DNA of 64,000 nt from Eubacteriales bacterium. GTDB lineage: Bacteria > Bacillota > Clostridia > Oscillospirales > CAG-272. Location of the stretch: the NCBI GenBank assembly GCA_045598385.1, contig JAZLLY010000016.1, positions 68,064 through 132,063 on the forward strand. The letters are read 5' to 3'. A program made the translations under genes and the position numbers. The notes beneath the pieces were generated by a model. It was not told the origin of the DNA. It saw only the letters and a list, made by a program, of their open reading frames with translations, and ran no database searches. Positions 1-8,221 of the stretch are shown in pieces. Every line of letters begins with the position of its first letter. Positions within the stretch are counted from its first letter, which is position 1.

Positions 1-379
1 TTATGGCAAAGAAGATATAAGTCGCAGTCGTAGGCACGAGTGTCTGTCTTGACAGTCCGAGAACGGCATAAGCGGAAAGAGCAGCCGGCGTAAGGGAATC
101 CGAAGAAAACGTCACGCCGAAAAGATTCTGAAACAAATCACTCATCGGCAAAAACTGATCGATCTGCGTGAACCCGGAAAGCGCCGCTATCGCAAAGAGA
201 GCGGGAAAGTTGCCGAGAACCATGAACATATTGATAGAAACGAGCTTGCTGAAATTGTCTTTATACAGGACAAAAAAACGTTTTAAGCCCGTCGGTTCAA
301 GCGAATCCGTTTTGCTGACTCCCTTTCCGTCTTTGTTCCAATCAAAAAGACGGAAACGCGGGGATTTCTTGTCTTCCAT
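1..379 (-). CDS. YesL/DUF624-like integral membrane protein; the C-terminal part runs off the window start
   Basis: My own reverse translation from the ATG at 379 (GGAGG 7 nt upstream) gives MEDKKSPRFRLFDWNKDGKGVSK...FFVLYKDNFSKLVSINMFMVLGNFPALFAIAALSG. It stays open to position 1 and has a hydrophobic YesL-like layout. It is absent from the ORF track because it is open-ended. Confidence 0.5.
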   Translation of the reverse strand, partial: MEDKKSPRFRLFDWNKDGKGVSKTDSLEPTGLKRFFVLYKDNFSKLVSINMFMVLGNFPALFAIAALSGFTQIDQFLPMSDLFQNLFGVTFSSDSLTPAALSAYAVLGLSRQTLVPTTATYIFFAI

Positions 380-528
380 GATATAACCTCCGATTCCACA
401 GTATGATACCATAATTCAAGCAAAAAAACAAGGGCGAAAAGAAAAACTTTTTATATTCAAAGGAGGTCGAAACATATCGGAAACTTCCGATTCATAAGAT
501 AAAGCAAAAATATGAAGCGGAGGAAATC

Positions 529-1743
529 ATGAAAAAAACGATCTGTTTATGTTTGGCTATCCTTTTAATAATGTCATTAACCGTCCCTGTATTCGCAGAA
601 ACCGAGTTAAATAATGCGGCAGAAAACGACTTGACGGTAACGAGTGATGACACGACAACGATAGGAAACGAAGCGCTTACCATAACGGCCAAAGCCGCCG
701 TTCTGATGGAAATGACGACTGGGAATGTTCTCTATGAAAAGGACTCGGAAGTCCCGCTTTCACCTGCATCGGTTACGAAAATTATGACGTTGCTCCTGGT
801 TATGGAGGCGTTGGAAAACGGCAAAATATCCTGGGAAGACAACGTCAGCATCAGCGCAAATGCCGCTTCTATGGGCGGCAGTCAGGTCTTTCTCGAAGAA
901 GGGGAAACCTTTTCGGTCGAAGAGCTTGTCAAATGTACCGTCATCGCCAGCGCGAACGATGCTGCCGTAGCACTCGCCGAGTATCTTTGCGGCAGCGAAG
1001 AGGCGTTTGTTTCCGACATGAACGAGCGCGCCGTCTCACTCGGGCTGACGGGATCGCATTTTGAAAACGTTTCCGGCCTCGACGATACCGTGGAAAATCA
1101 CGTTATGTCCGCAAAAGACGTCGCCGTCATATCGAGAGAACTGCTGAAATATCCGAAACTGTTTACATACAGCTCGATATGGCAGGATACGATCCGGGAG
1201 GGCGCGTTTACGCTAACGAATACGAACAGACTTGTGCGTTTCTATGACGGTTGTACAGGATTGAAAACCGGATCTACCGATGCCGCCGGTTACTGCGTGA
1301 CAGTAACCGCTGAAAGAAACGGAATGACACTTATCGCGGTCATTATGGGTGCGTCAACGCGTGACGAAAGAAACAAAGAAGCCAGAACGCTTCTGGACTA
1401 CGGATTCTCGAATTACGAACTCTTCACAGTCGGAAGAGAACGACTGGAACAAGTCAGCGTTTTCGGGGGAGTGGAAGAAAAGGCGGACCTTTTCAGCAGT
1501 GAATTTTCGACGCTTGTTCCGAAAGGTAAAGCAAAGCAGGTGGAAATCATCTACGATCTGCCTCAAAATATCAAGGCGCCTCTTACAGCAGGCGCAACCG
1601 TAGGAACCATGAAATACCTTCTTGACGGAGAAGAAATCGGCGTCGGAAACGTAACCGTTGACAAAGAAATCAAAAAAGCGTCGTTCCTTCATATCCTCGA
1701 AAAAATACTGACAGACGTCTTCCTGAAAAAAGAAATGAAATAA
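529..1743 (+). CDS. Serine-type D-alanyl-D-alanine carboxypeptidase (peptidase S11, PBP5/DacB/DacF-like)
   Basis: Has a signal peptide, an SxxK active-site motif (SPASVTKIMT), an SGN-like motif (NVSGL), KTG (LKTGST) and a C-terminal PBP5_C-like domain. Confidence 0.9.
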   Translation: MKKTICLCLAILLIMSLTVPVFAETELNNAAENDLTVTSDDTTTIGNEALTITAKAAVLMEMTTGNVLYEKDSEVPLSPASVTKIMTLLLVMEALENGKISWEDNVSISANAASMGGSQVFLEEGETFSVEELVKCTVIASANDAAVALAEYLCGSEEAFVSDMNERAVSLGLTGSHFENVSGLDDTVENHVMSAKDVAVISRELLKYPKLFTYSSIWQDTIREGAFTLTNTNRLVRFYDGCTGLKTGSTDAAGYCVTVTAERNGMTLIAVIMGASTRDERNKEARTLLDYGFSNYELFTVGRERLEQVSVFGGVEEKADLFSSEFSTLVPKGKAKQVEIIYDLPQNIKAPLTAGATVGTMKYLLDGEEIGVGNVTVDKEIKKASFLHILEKILTDVFLKKEMK

Positions 1744-1828
1744 ACGAAAATTATAAGCAAAAACCCTTGAAAAAACGACCGATATGGACTATAATGGGAG
1801 TGTTATTTTTCCATTGAGGAGCAAAACC

Positions 1829-3172
1829 ATGTCAATTCGTATCCAAGAAAATTTCGTCCGCAATTTCATATCGGAAAACGATCTTTGCGCCGTTAAAAAA
1901 TCGTCCGAGTCTGCTTTTGAAACATTGATGAAAAGAAGCGGAGAAGGGGCTGACTTTCTCGGCTGGATCGACCTTCCCGTCAACTATGACAAAGAAGAGT
2001 TTTCGCGCATTGAAAAAGCCGCTCTGAAAATCAAAAATGAAGCCGACATTCTCGTTGTGATCGGAATCGGCGGATCCTATCTCGGCGCCCGCGCCGCGAT
2101 CGAATTCATCAAGAGCCCGCTTTATAACGCTCTGAAAAAGGATACCCCCGATATTTTCTTTGCCGGAAACAATATTTCCCCGACCGCACTTTCCGAATTG
2201 CTCTCCATCTGCGATGGGAAAGATATCGCCGTGAACGTCATTTCCAAATCCGGAACAACGACCGAGCCCGCCGTAGCTTTTCGCGTGTTCAAATCCCTGT
2301 TGATCGAAAAATACGGGGAAGAGGGCGCCCGCGAGCGTATATTCGTCACAACCGACAAATGCCGCGGAACACTCAAGGCATTTTCCGACAAAGCCGGGTA
2401 TGAGACTTTCGTGGTTCCCGACGACGTGGGCGGAAGATATTCCGTCCTGACCGCCGTAGGTCTTCTCCCCATCGCCGTTGCCGGCATAGATATCAAAAGT
2501 CTCATGGCAGGGGCTGCGCAGGCAAGAAACGAACTGACAAATTACGACTTTGAAAAGAACCCTGCCGTTCGTTACGCGGCTCTGCGTAACGTGCTTCTCT
2601 CCAAAGGAAAAAATGTAGAGATCCTCGTCGGATACGAGCCGTATCTCCTTTTGTTGAATGAATGGTGGAAGCAGCTTTACGGAGAAAGCGAAGGAAAGAA
2701 TAACAAAGGCATTCTCCCCGACTCCGTTATTTTTTCCACCGATCTTCATTCTCTCGGTCAATATATCCAGCAAGGGCAGAGAAACCTGTTTGAAACCGTT
2801 CTCAGCATCAAGGATCCCGGCACCGAATATTTGATTCCTACGGACGAGAGTAACGTTGACGGGCTGAACTTTATCGCCGGAAAATCTCTCGATGAAGTCA
2901 ATAAAACCGCTATGCTTGCCACTCTGATGGCGCACAATGACGGCGGTGTGCCGAATATTCTTCTCGAGCTGGAAGACAGAACGCCTTATTCTTTCGGTTA
3001 TCTCGTATATTTCTTTGAGATCGCCTGCGGTATTTCGGGCTATATGCTCGGTGTCAATCCTTTCGATCAACCCGGCGTTGAAGCGTACAAAAAGAATATG
3101 TTTGCGCTTCTCGGAAAGCCCGGATACGAAAGTATGAAAGCCGCGCTTGACGAAAGAATGAAAAATTTGTGA
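1829..3172 (+). CDS. pgi: Glucose-6-phosphate isomerase
   Basis: Firmicute-type PGI of about 447 aa ([35 protein letters not shown]). I moved the start to the ATG at 1829, which is preceded by GAGGAG. The track ORF starts at 1784. Confidence 0.93.
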   Translation: MSIRIQENFVRNFISENDLCAVKKSSESAFETLMKRSGEGADFLGWIDLPVNYDKEEFSRIEKAALKIKNEADILVVIGIGGSYLGARAAIEFIKSPLYNALKKDTPDIFFAGNNISPTALSELLSICDGKDIAVNVISKSGTTTEPAVAFRVFKSLLIEKYGEEGARERIFVTTDKCRGTLKAFSDKAGYETFVVPDDVGGRYSVLTAVGLLPIAVAGIDIKSLMAGAAQARNELTNYDFEKNPAVRYAALRNVLLSKGKNVEILVGYEPYLLLLNEWWKQLYGESEGKNNKGILPDSVIFSTDLHSLGQYIQQGQRNLFETVLSIKDPGTEYLIPTDESNVDGLNFIAGKSLDEVNKTAMLATLMAHNDGGVPNILLELEDRTPYSFGYLVYFFEIACGISGYMLGVNPFDQPGVEAYKKNMFALLGKPGYESMKAALDERMKNL

Positions 3173-3270
3173 TTTCCCGTTAAAATACTTGTGAATTTCA
3201 AAAAATCATCTTGCATTTTTTCGACAGATAGTGTAAGATAAAAGTAGAAAACTACCAAGGAGGAATAGCA

Positions 3271-3672
3271 ATGATCAAACTTTACATTGGCGGCAAAGGT
3301 TCCGGAAAAACAAAAAATCTGATCGAACTGACCAATAAAGCGGCAGAGACCTCGAACGGTGCCGTTATCTGCATTGAAAAAGGTGACAAACTCCGTCTCG
3401 ATATCTCCTATAAAGCACGCTTGATTGATACCGATAATTACGCGATCAGCGACGCAGATGCGCTGTATGGCTTTATCGCCGGTATTCTCGCATCCAACAG
3501 CGATATCACCGATATTTTTGTGGATTCCGCTCTCAAGATCTGCGGAAACGATATTTCGTCGTTTGAGATCCTGCTCAATAAACTTTATGCGATCTCCGGC
3601 GCAATCAATCTCATCATGACGTCTTCGATTCCGATCGAAACCTGCCCGGCTACCATTAAGAAATTTGTCTGA
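3271..3672 (+). CDS. Small uncharacterized P-loop NTPase (133 aa)
   Basis: N-terminal Walker A (GGKGSGKT) and a possible Walker B (ITDIFVDS). Strong RBS AAGGAGG. I recognise no further family. Confidence 0.6.
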   Translation: MIKLYIGGKGSGKTKNLIELTNKAAETSNGAVICIEKGDKLRLDISYKARLIDTDNYAISDADALYGFIAGILASNSDITDIFVDSALKICGNDISSFEILLNKLYAISGAINLIMTSSIPIETCPATIKKFV

Positions 3673-3686
3673 TCATTTCCGATCAT

Positions 3687-3725
3687 GGCGCTGAAAAACG
3701 TTTATCGTTTTTCAGCGCCTCTTTA
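3687..3725 (+). terminator. Rho-independent terminator after the P-loop gene
   Basis: A 14-bp stem (GGCGCTGAAAAACG / CGTTTTTCAGCGCC) followed by a T-rich tail. Confidence 0.6.
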
Positions 3726-3868
3726 TGATCCCCTTAGTAATATAAACTGTTTTTTTGAGAAAACGAAACATGAAATGAGTGCCCGTAAACAATTCAACAG
3801 CGGTACATAAAATAATAACGAGCGAGATACTCGCCCAAAAAGCTTTGAATTACTCCGGGAGAATTACT

Positions 3869-4705
3869 ATGCCTGAAAACAGAAATACAGGGAACGGGTT
3901 ATCTTTCGATAACCGCGGTACGGTATGTATCGATACTTACCGTGTTCTCGACTGTTGCCGTGACCGCGACTGTTTTGAAGACACTCGTGTCTATCTTACA
4001 GCGAGCGGAGAAGATATCGTCGCCAACGCGACAAACGTCAAGACGCGAAACGCGCAGATCCTGTGGGCTTACGTCGGCGTGGAAAAAGTACCTTTTAACG
4101 ACGGATTTTATCAGATCACCGTACGCTATTATATTGAAGTCGAATGCGAGGCCTGTTGCGGCATCAACCGCAGTCAGATCGTTCGCGGTCTCGCCGTGCT
4201 CGAAAAGAAAGTCGTTCTTTTCGGCGGTGAAGGCAGCGTAACGACGTTTTCTTCGTCTCCGGCAAATCAGTTCTGTAACATCCGCGACTTTGACACGGTG
4301 GGGAATAATGAACCTACCGCAATCGTGGAAACAGTCGAGCCCGTCGTTCTCAGTACAAAAGTACTGTGCAAGGAAGATCCTTGCGCCGGCAGCATCGAAC
4401 TGCCGGAATTGATCCGCGGGAAATTGAACAGTGAACTGATCTTCATTTCAGAAAGACCGCATCTGTACGTTTCATTCGGTTTGTTCTCGGTGATCCGAAT
4501 GCAGCGTCCGACGCAGATACTCGTATCCGCAACGGATTACAGCGTGCCCGATAAAGAATGCCCCTCGACCGGCGGCGACGAAAATCCGTGTATGCTGTTT
4601 CGTTCCATCGCGTTTCCGACAAGCCAATTTCAGGGAACGAAGGGCGAAACGAAAAAACAAAATGATCACGGCATCTGCGGATGCTCCGGCGGAAAAATCA
4701 ACTGA
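3869..4705 (+). CDS. Cysteine-rich uncharacterized protein; a spore-associated role is speculative
   Basis: ATG at 3869 preceded by GGGAGA; the track ORF starts at an upstream GTG. Cys clusters include CIDTYRVLDCCRDRDC, ECEACCG and ICGCSGG. No enzyme motif recognised. Confidence 0.6.
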   Translation: MPENRNTGNGLSFDNRGTVCIDTYRVLDCCRDRDCFEDTRVYLTASGEDIVANATNVKTRNAQILWAYVGVEKVPFNDGFYQITVRYYIEVECEACCGINRSQIVRGLAVLEKKVVLFGGEGSVTTFSSSPANQFCNIRDFDTVGNNEPTAIVETVEPVVLSTKVLCKEDPCAGSIELPELIRGKLNSELIFISERPHLYVSFGLFSVIRMQRPTQILVSATDYSVPDKECPSTGGDENPCMLFRSIAFPTSQFQGTKGETKKQNDHGICGCSGGKIN

Positions 4706-4715
4706 ATATAAAAAA

Positions 4716-4739
4716 GCGGTACGAAAGTACCGCTTTTTT
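4716..4739. terminator. Bidirectional terminator between convergent genes
   Basis: GCGGTAC-GAAA-GTACCGC hairpin flanked by an A-run on the left and a T-run on the right. Confidence 0.7.
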
Positions 4740-4752
4740 CTGCTATATTTTA

Positions 4753-5538
4753 TCAGTTGTTTATTTCATTTTGACGCGCAATTTCATAAGCAAACATTGT
4801 GGCTGCGGATGCGGCAGAAAGGGAAGCGCGGAAGTTTCTGGCATACGGAATCCGCACTTTCAGATCGGCAGAATCGACGACGGCTTTCGTCATCCCGCGT
4901 TTTTCGCCTCCCACAATCAAAAGCAAAGGAAGAGATAATGAGACTTTTCCCAAAATGTTATCGGATTTTTCTTCGGCGCATACGACTTGATAACCTTTTG
5001 ACCGGAAGATTTTGACTGCATTTTGTGTCTCATCGACCGTATAAAGCGGCAACATTTCCGAAGCACCGGCGGAACTGCGGCACACAACACCGGCCGCGCT
5101 CATCCAGTTTCTTTTCGGCAGCACGATCCCGTCAACGCCGCAGGCGTAAAGAGAACGCAAAGAATAGCCGAAATTATAAGGATCTTCAATGCCTTCCGGC
5201 ATCACGAAAAAACCTTTTTGAGGGAAGTCGGACAGGGAAGATAAAGAGGGAAGAGTACGTTCCGTGCATTGTGCGACGATCCCTCCGTGAGAATTGCCTG
5301 TCGTTAAGGAATTGAGAAAATCTTCGTCAACTTCCCTGATTTCATAACCGAATTGATCCTGAACCGCTTTGAAATATCCGATTTCTTTTCGATTTTTCGC
5401 AATTTTTGACGAATCGAGATAGATCGTTTTGATCTTTCTGTCGCTGATACCGTGCTCGAGACCGTATATAACGGCTCGCAACGATGTCATGCCCTCAAAA
5501 ACGGCAGAATCTATGAATTTTGTCTCTTCTTTTATCAT
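4753..5538 (-). CDS. TrmH/SpoU-family RNA 2'-O-methyltransferase (RlmB-like)
   Basis: Has a SpoU_methylase C-terminal domain (LLLIVGGEKRGMTKAV...RIPY...SLSAASAATMFAYE) and an N-terminal substrate-binding-like domain. Confidence 0.8.
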   Translation of the reverse strand: MIKEETKFIDSAVFEGMTSLRAVIYGLEHGISDRKIKTIYLDSSKIAKNRKEIGYFKAVQDQFGYEIREVDEDFLNSLTTGNSHGGIVAQCTERTLPSLSSLSDFPQKGFFVMPEGIEDPYNFGYSLRSLYACGVDGIVLPKRNWMSAAGVVCRSSAGASEMLPLYTVDETQNAVKIFRSKGYQVVCAEEKSDNILGKVSLSLPLLLIVGGEKRGMTKAVVDSADLKVRIPYARNFRASLSAASAATMFAYEIARQNEINN

Positions 5539-5594
5539 GATTGCGGTATTTCCCTCATATTTTGAAATAGAATACTATGAAATCTGGTGAAAAA

Positions 5595-5858
5595 ATGGAA
5601 TTATTCGGAAAAGATCGTTGTGAAGAACTTGCGGAATATGTGATAGAAACCGGATGTACGGTACGTTCTGCGGCAAAGCATTTCGGAATCAGTAAAAGCA
5701 CGGTACATAAGGATCTGACGGAAAAACTCAAAAACTACGGTTCGACCCTTTATGAAGAAACCCAAAGAGTTCTGAAGAAAAATAAGTCCGAGCGCCATTT
5801 GCGCGGAGGCGAAGCCACAAGACAAAAATATCTGAAAACAAAAATTTCGACTCGCTAA
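5595..5858 (+). CDS. spoIIID: Sporulation transcriptional regulator SpoIIID
   Basis: From MELFG the protein aligns residue-for-residue with B. subtilis SpoIIID (YVIETGCTVRSAAKHFGISKSTVHKDLTE...RHLRGGEATRQKY). Start set at the second ATG, which has GGTGA upstream. Confidence 0.92.
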   Translation: MELFGKDRCEELAEYVIETGCTVRSAAKHFGISKSTVHKDLTEKLKNYGSTLYEETQRVLKKNKSERHLRGGEATRQKYLKTKISTR

Positions 5859-6260
5859 TGTCATTATATCATAACTTGAGATTTTTTCAAGAATAAATCA
5901 TTCTATGACTATCTTGATCTCGTCATATAAAATAAAGAAAAAGACAGAGCGCTCGAGCGCAAAAACACGCTTAATAGCATTATTGGCTTATTTTCAGCAT
6001 TTTCAGGCCATTTTTCCGCTTCTCCGTTATACAAAACATTTATTTTGTATAATTACTTGTTATGAATAATGGGTCGGTACGGTCTGCCCTCTAAACTGAA
6101 ACGCCTGTGCTTGTTTAGGAATGTGCAGCCCCTTTACTCATAAAAATCTATCGGAATTGGTTAAAATGATGACCAGTGGTTACGGTTGTTTGTAATTATC
6201 AATTTACTTTCATTGCTCTTCTCTGCCATTCTAATTTCATCTTCAAATGAACTAATCCAC

Positions 6261-6337
6261 CAAGGGTTGTGTACGAAGAACACCGCGGAAATACTTTTCC
6301 GAGCGAATCCCACTCTCTTACAACAAAAAAGCACCAC
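6261..6337. repeat. Repeat A, distal copy (77 bp)
   Basis: Matches 6909-6985 at 72 of 77 positions. It contains small hairpins (GTGT..ACAC, CGGAAA-TACT-TTTCCG). At all 5 differences this copy carries A. Confidence 0.85.
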
Positions 6338-6379
6338 AAAAGGGTGTCTACCATAGGGATTTTTCCACAAGCTTATAAA

Positions 6380-6415
6380 ACAAGGGCAGAAAGTCGATTG
6401 ACTTTCTGCCCTTGT
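6380..6415. repeat. Perfect 16-bp-stem hairpin
   Basis: ACAAGGGCAGAAAGTC-GATT-GACTTTCTGCCCTTGT. It is followed by TTGTGGCAA x2 in direct orientation (6413-6420, 6432-6440) and x1 inverted (6451-6459). Confidence 0.8.
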
Positions 6416-6480
6416 GGCAATGATTGCGTTTTTGTGGCAAGTTAAGAGAATTGCCACAACCGGGATACCCGGATTTCGGA

Positions 6481-6559
6481 AGTGATGTTGTGCCTGCGGC
6501 ACAGTGATGTTATGGCTATGCCATAGTGATGTTTTGCGGCTTTGCCGCAAAGTGATGAG
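6481..6559. repeat. Array of 4 direct AGTGATG(TT) repeats, each followed by a different mini-hairpin
   Basis: Repeat units start at 6481, 6503, 6525 and 6551 (spacing 22, 22 and 26 bp). The hairpins between them are GTGCC-TGC-GGCAC, ATGGC-TAT-GCCAT and TTGCGGC-TTT-GCCGCAA. Confidence 0.85.
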
Positions 6560-6575
6560 ATGCGTTCCGCTCTAA

Positions 6576-6662
6576 CTATCACGCGCGAAGCGCACATCAC
6601 TCGCCTCAGGCGAACATCACGCTCGCAGCGTACATATCGTTCCGTGCGAGCGGAACACATCG
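6576..6662. repeat. Mirror array of inverted heptads (CTATCAC, ACATCAC x2, ACATATC, ACATCG) alternating with mini-hairpins
   Basis: The heptads lie at 6576, 6594, 6614, 6632 and 6657. The hairpins are GCGC-GAA-GCGC, TCGCC-TCA-GGCGA, CGCT-CGC-AGCG and TTCCG-TGCGAG-CGGAA. In addition, 6648-6661 is the inverted repeat of 6557-6572 with 13 of 14 positions matching. Confidence 0.8.
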
Positions 6663-6692
6663 TTTGGCGGCATTCCCTGTGGAACGCCGCCA

Positions 6693-6730
6693 TTTGTGGG
6701 ACTTTTTTGTGGCGAAGAGAAAGGGATTCG
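6693..6730 (-). repeat. Repeat B, distal copy: a degenerate duplicate of the tRNA-Ser 3' end plus its terminator half
   Basis: Matches 6987-7024 at 36 of 38 positions (TTTGTGGGACTTTTTTGTGGCG[A/G]AGAG[A/G]AAGGGATTCG). The proximal copy includes 21 nt of the tRNA acceptor/T-arm. Confidence 0.85.
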
Positions 6731-6908
6731 TAAGGAGCGTAGCGACGGAAAAGGGAGCGTATTTTCGCGCGCCTGGTAGGCGAAGAAGCGAAAAGGAGCG
6801 AGTGGCAGCGACTTAGCAAAGGTAAACGCCGCTCAAGGCGTGTAACCTTTGCTTAGGAGCAACAGTAAAAACGAGCGAACTTGTTCGCAAAAGTGAAGCG
6901 TCAGCCAT

Positions 6909-6985
6909 CAAGGGTTGTGTACGTAGTACACCGCGGAAATACTTTTCCGCGCGAATCCCGCTCTCTTACAACAAAAAAGCCCCAC
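6909..6985. repeat. Repeat A, tRNA-proximal copy (77 bp)
   Basis: See 6261-6337. This copy carries a perfect 8-bp hairpin (CGCGGAAA-TACT-TTTCCGCG) and abuts the tRNA terminator. Confidence 0.85.
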
Positions 6986-7002
6986 TTTTGTGGGACTTTT
7001 TT
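6973..7002. terminator. Bidirectional terminator downstream of tRNA-Ser
   Basis: CCCAC-TTTT-GTGGG hairpin flanked by A6 on the left and T6 on the right. Confidence 0.6.
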
Positions 7003-7003
7003 G

Positions 7004-7095
7004 TGGCGGAGAGGAAGGGATTCGAACCCTTGAAACCGTATTAGGGTTTACACGATTTCCAGTCGTGCGCCTTAGACCAACTCGGCCATCTCTCC
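7004..7095 (-). tRNA. tRNA-Ser (anticodon GGA), with encoded CCA
   Basis: The reverse complement folds as a class II cloverleaf. It has acceptor GGAGAGA, anticodon arm CACGA-CTGGAAA-TCGTG, a long variable arm (AAACC..GGTTT), T-arm AAGGG-TTCGAAT-CCCTT, discriminator G and CCA. There is one A-C mismatch at pair 7-66. Confidence 0.9.
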
Positions 7096-7107
7096 ACGGA
7101 CTTCCCC

Positions 7108-7136
7108 ATTATAGCAAGAGTTTTCGGAATTGTCAA
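7108..7136 (-). promoter_or_regulatory. Consensus sigma-A promoter for tRNA-Ser
   Basis: On the minus strand, TTGACA, 17 nt, TATAAT, ending about 12 nt upstream of the tRNA 5' end. Confidence 0.65.
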
Positions 7137-7218
7137 GGGATTTTCAAAACTTTTCGGCAAATACGACGAAAATATGGTATAATAGTACAAAAAGCCGAGG
7201 AAGGAACGGAACACGAAC

Positions 7219-8157
7219 ATGAAAAAACCGATCACCCTTTTTCTTGCCGTATTATCTATTTTCACGCTTTTCTCCCTCCCGGGTTGCAAAGAAAACCAAG
7301 GAAGCGATGCCGATTTTTTGATGAATCTGCAAACGGAGTTTACCGTCAACGATACCCTACCGGCTGTCACTGACAAAACGGCACACATCGTACTGCTCTA
7401 CGGGCAGTCCAACGCCACCGGGGTTTCCTCTGCCGAAATATACCGGAATAATCATCCGACCGACTATGCGGAAACGGAAAGCGCAATCGGGAACGTCTAT
7501 ATCAATTTCCTCACCGAAAACGGAAATAACACTTCGAACAATACTTTCGTTCCCTGCTCTTTCTCTTGCGGCGCCGCCGCCAATTATTACGGTCCGGAAG
7601 TCGGAATTGCCGCCTGTTACGCCGAAAATTGCCCGGAAGAAGACGTATTTATCATCAAATATTCTTTCGGCGGAACAACGCTTGACGATCAATGGTTGGA
7701 CGGCAACGGAAAACGCGGAAGACTGTACGATGCCGCCGTTTCCTTTACTCTCTCTTCTCTTTCCTATCTTCAGAATATCGGATATTCCGTCCAAATCGAC
7801 GGAATATGTTGGATGCAGGGAGAAAGCGACGCCTGCTCACTGAATACCGCACAGATGTATAAAGAAAACACAAAAAAACTGATCTCTTTTTTCCGTCAGG
7901 ATCTCTCCGAGTACGGAGATACCGTTCCTTTTATCGACGCGCAAATATCCGAAGTGTGGACCTACGAGAACATAGTCAATAACGCAAAAGAAAAGACAGC
8001 TGATGCAATGAATAACGTCTATTATCTCAAAACGCAACCATTGGGACTTTCCACCGGAAAAGAACCGTCAGAAAACCCTGATATCGCCCATTACGATTCC
8101 GAAAGTATGATCACGCTCGGCAAAGCATTTGGCGAAGAATTATTGAAACACCGATAA
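7219..8157 (+). CDS. Lipoprotein, sialate O-acetylesterase-like carbohydrate esterase (SASA/DUF303, SGNH-like)
   Basis: Lipobox LPGC after the signal peptide. Motifs GQSNATG, WMQGESD and a distal D..H (DIAHYD). Confidence 0.7.
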   Translation: MKKPITLFLAVLSIFTLFSLPGCKENQGSDADFLMNLQTEFTVNDTLPAVTDKTAHIVLLYGQSNATGVSSAEIYRNNHPTDYAETESAIGNVYINFLTENGNNTSNNTFVPCSFSCGAAANYYGPEVGIAACYAENCPEEDVFIIKYSFGGTTLDDQWLDGNGKRGRLYDAAVSFTLSSLSYLQNIGYSVQIDGICWMQGESDACSLNTAQMYKENTKKLISFFRQDLSEYGDTVPFIDAQISEVWTYENIVNNAKEKTADAMNNVYYLKTQPLGLSTGKEPSENPDIAHYDSESMITLGKAFGEELLKHR

Positions 8158-8221
8158 ATATTTCATTTTTACTCATATTTGCTCCTGTTCTTTGCATGAT
8201 ATGTAAAGAAAGGAGTTAGTT

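Noticed and set aside
168-386. The 72-aa plus-strand ORF at the window start.
   Set aside because: It is antisense to the better-supported YesL-like gene (1..379, minus strand), which has a strong RBS and a membrane-protein-like sequence.
6261-6337. Repeat A (and its copy at 6909-6985) as a possible tRNA pseudogene on the plus strand, because it ends in CGAATCCCGCTCTCTTACAA, which resembles a tRNA T-arm/acceptor 3' end.
   Set aside because: I could not build a cloverleaf. There is no T-stem 5' partner, the candidate anticodon loop lacks U33, and there is no D-arm. The resemblance is limited to about 12 nt.
6481-6662. Short repeat/spacer-like periodicity that could be mistaken for a CRISPR array.
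   Set aside because: The repeats are only 7-9 bp and the spacers are 13-17 bp, and each spacer is a perfect palindrome. The second half of the array is in inverted orientation, and no cas genes are nearby. This is not CRISPR architecture.
6161-7373. Track ORFs 6161..6550(-), 6442..6819(-), 6542..6733(+) and 6990..7373(+).
   Set aside because: They run through the repeat/hairpin region or across the tRNA-Ser gene and its promoter. They have no RBS, and their compositions are low-complexity and Arg/Cys/His-rich. They are most likely non-coding.
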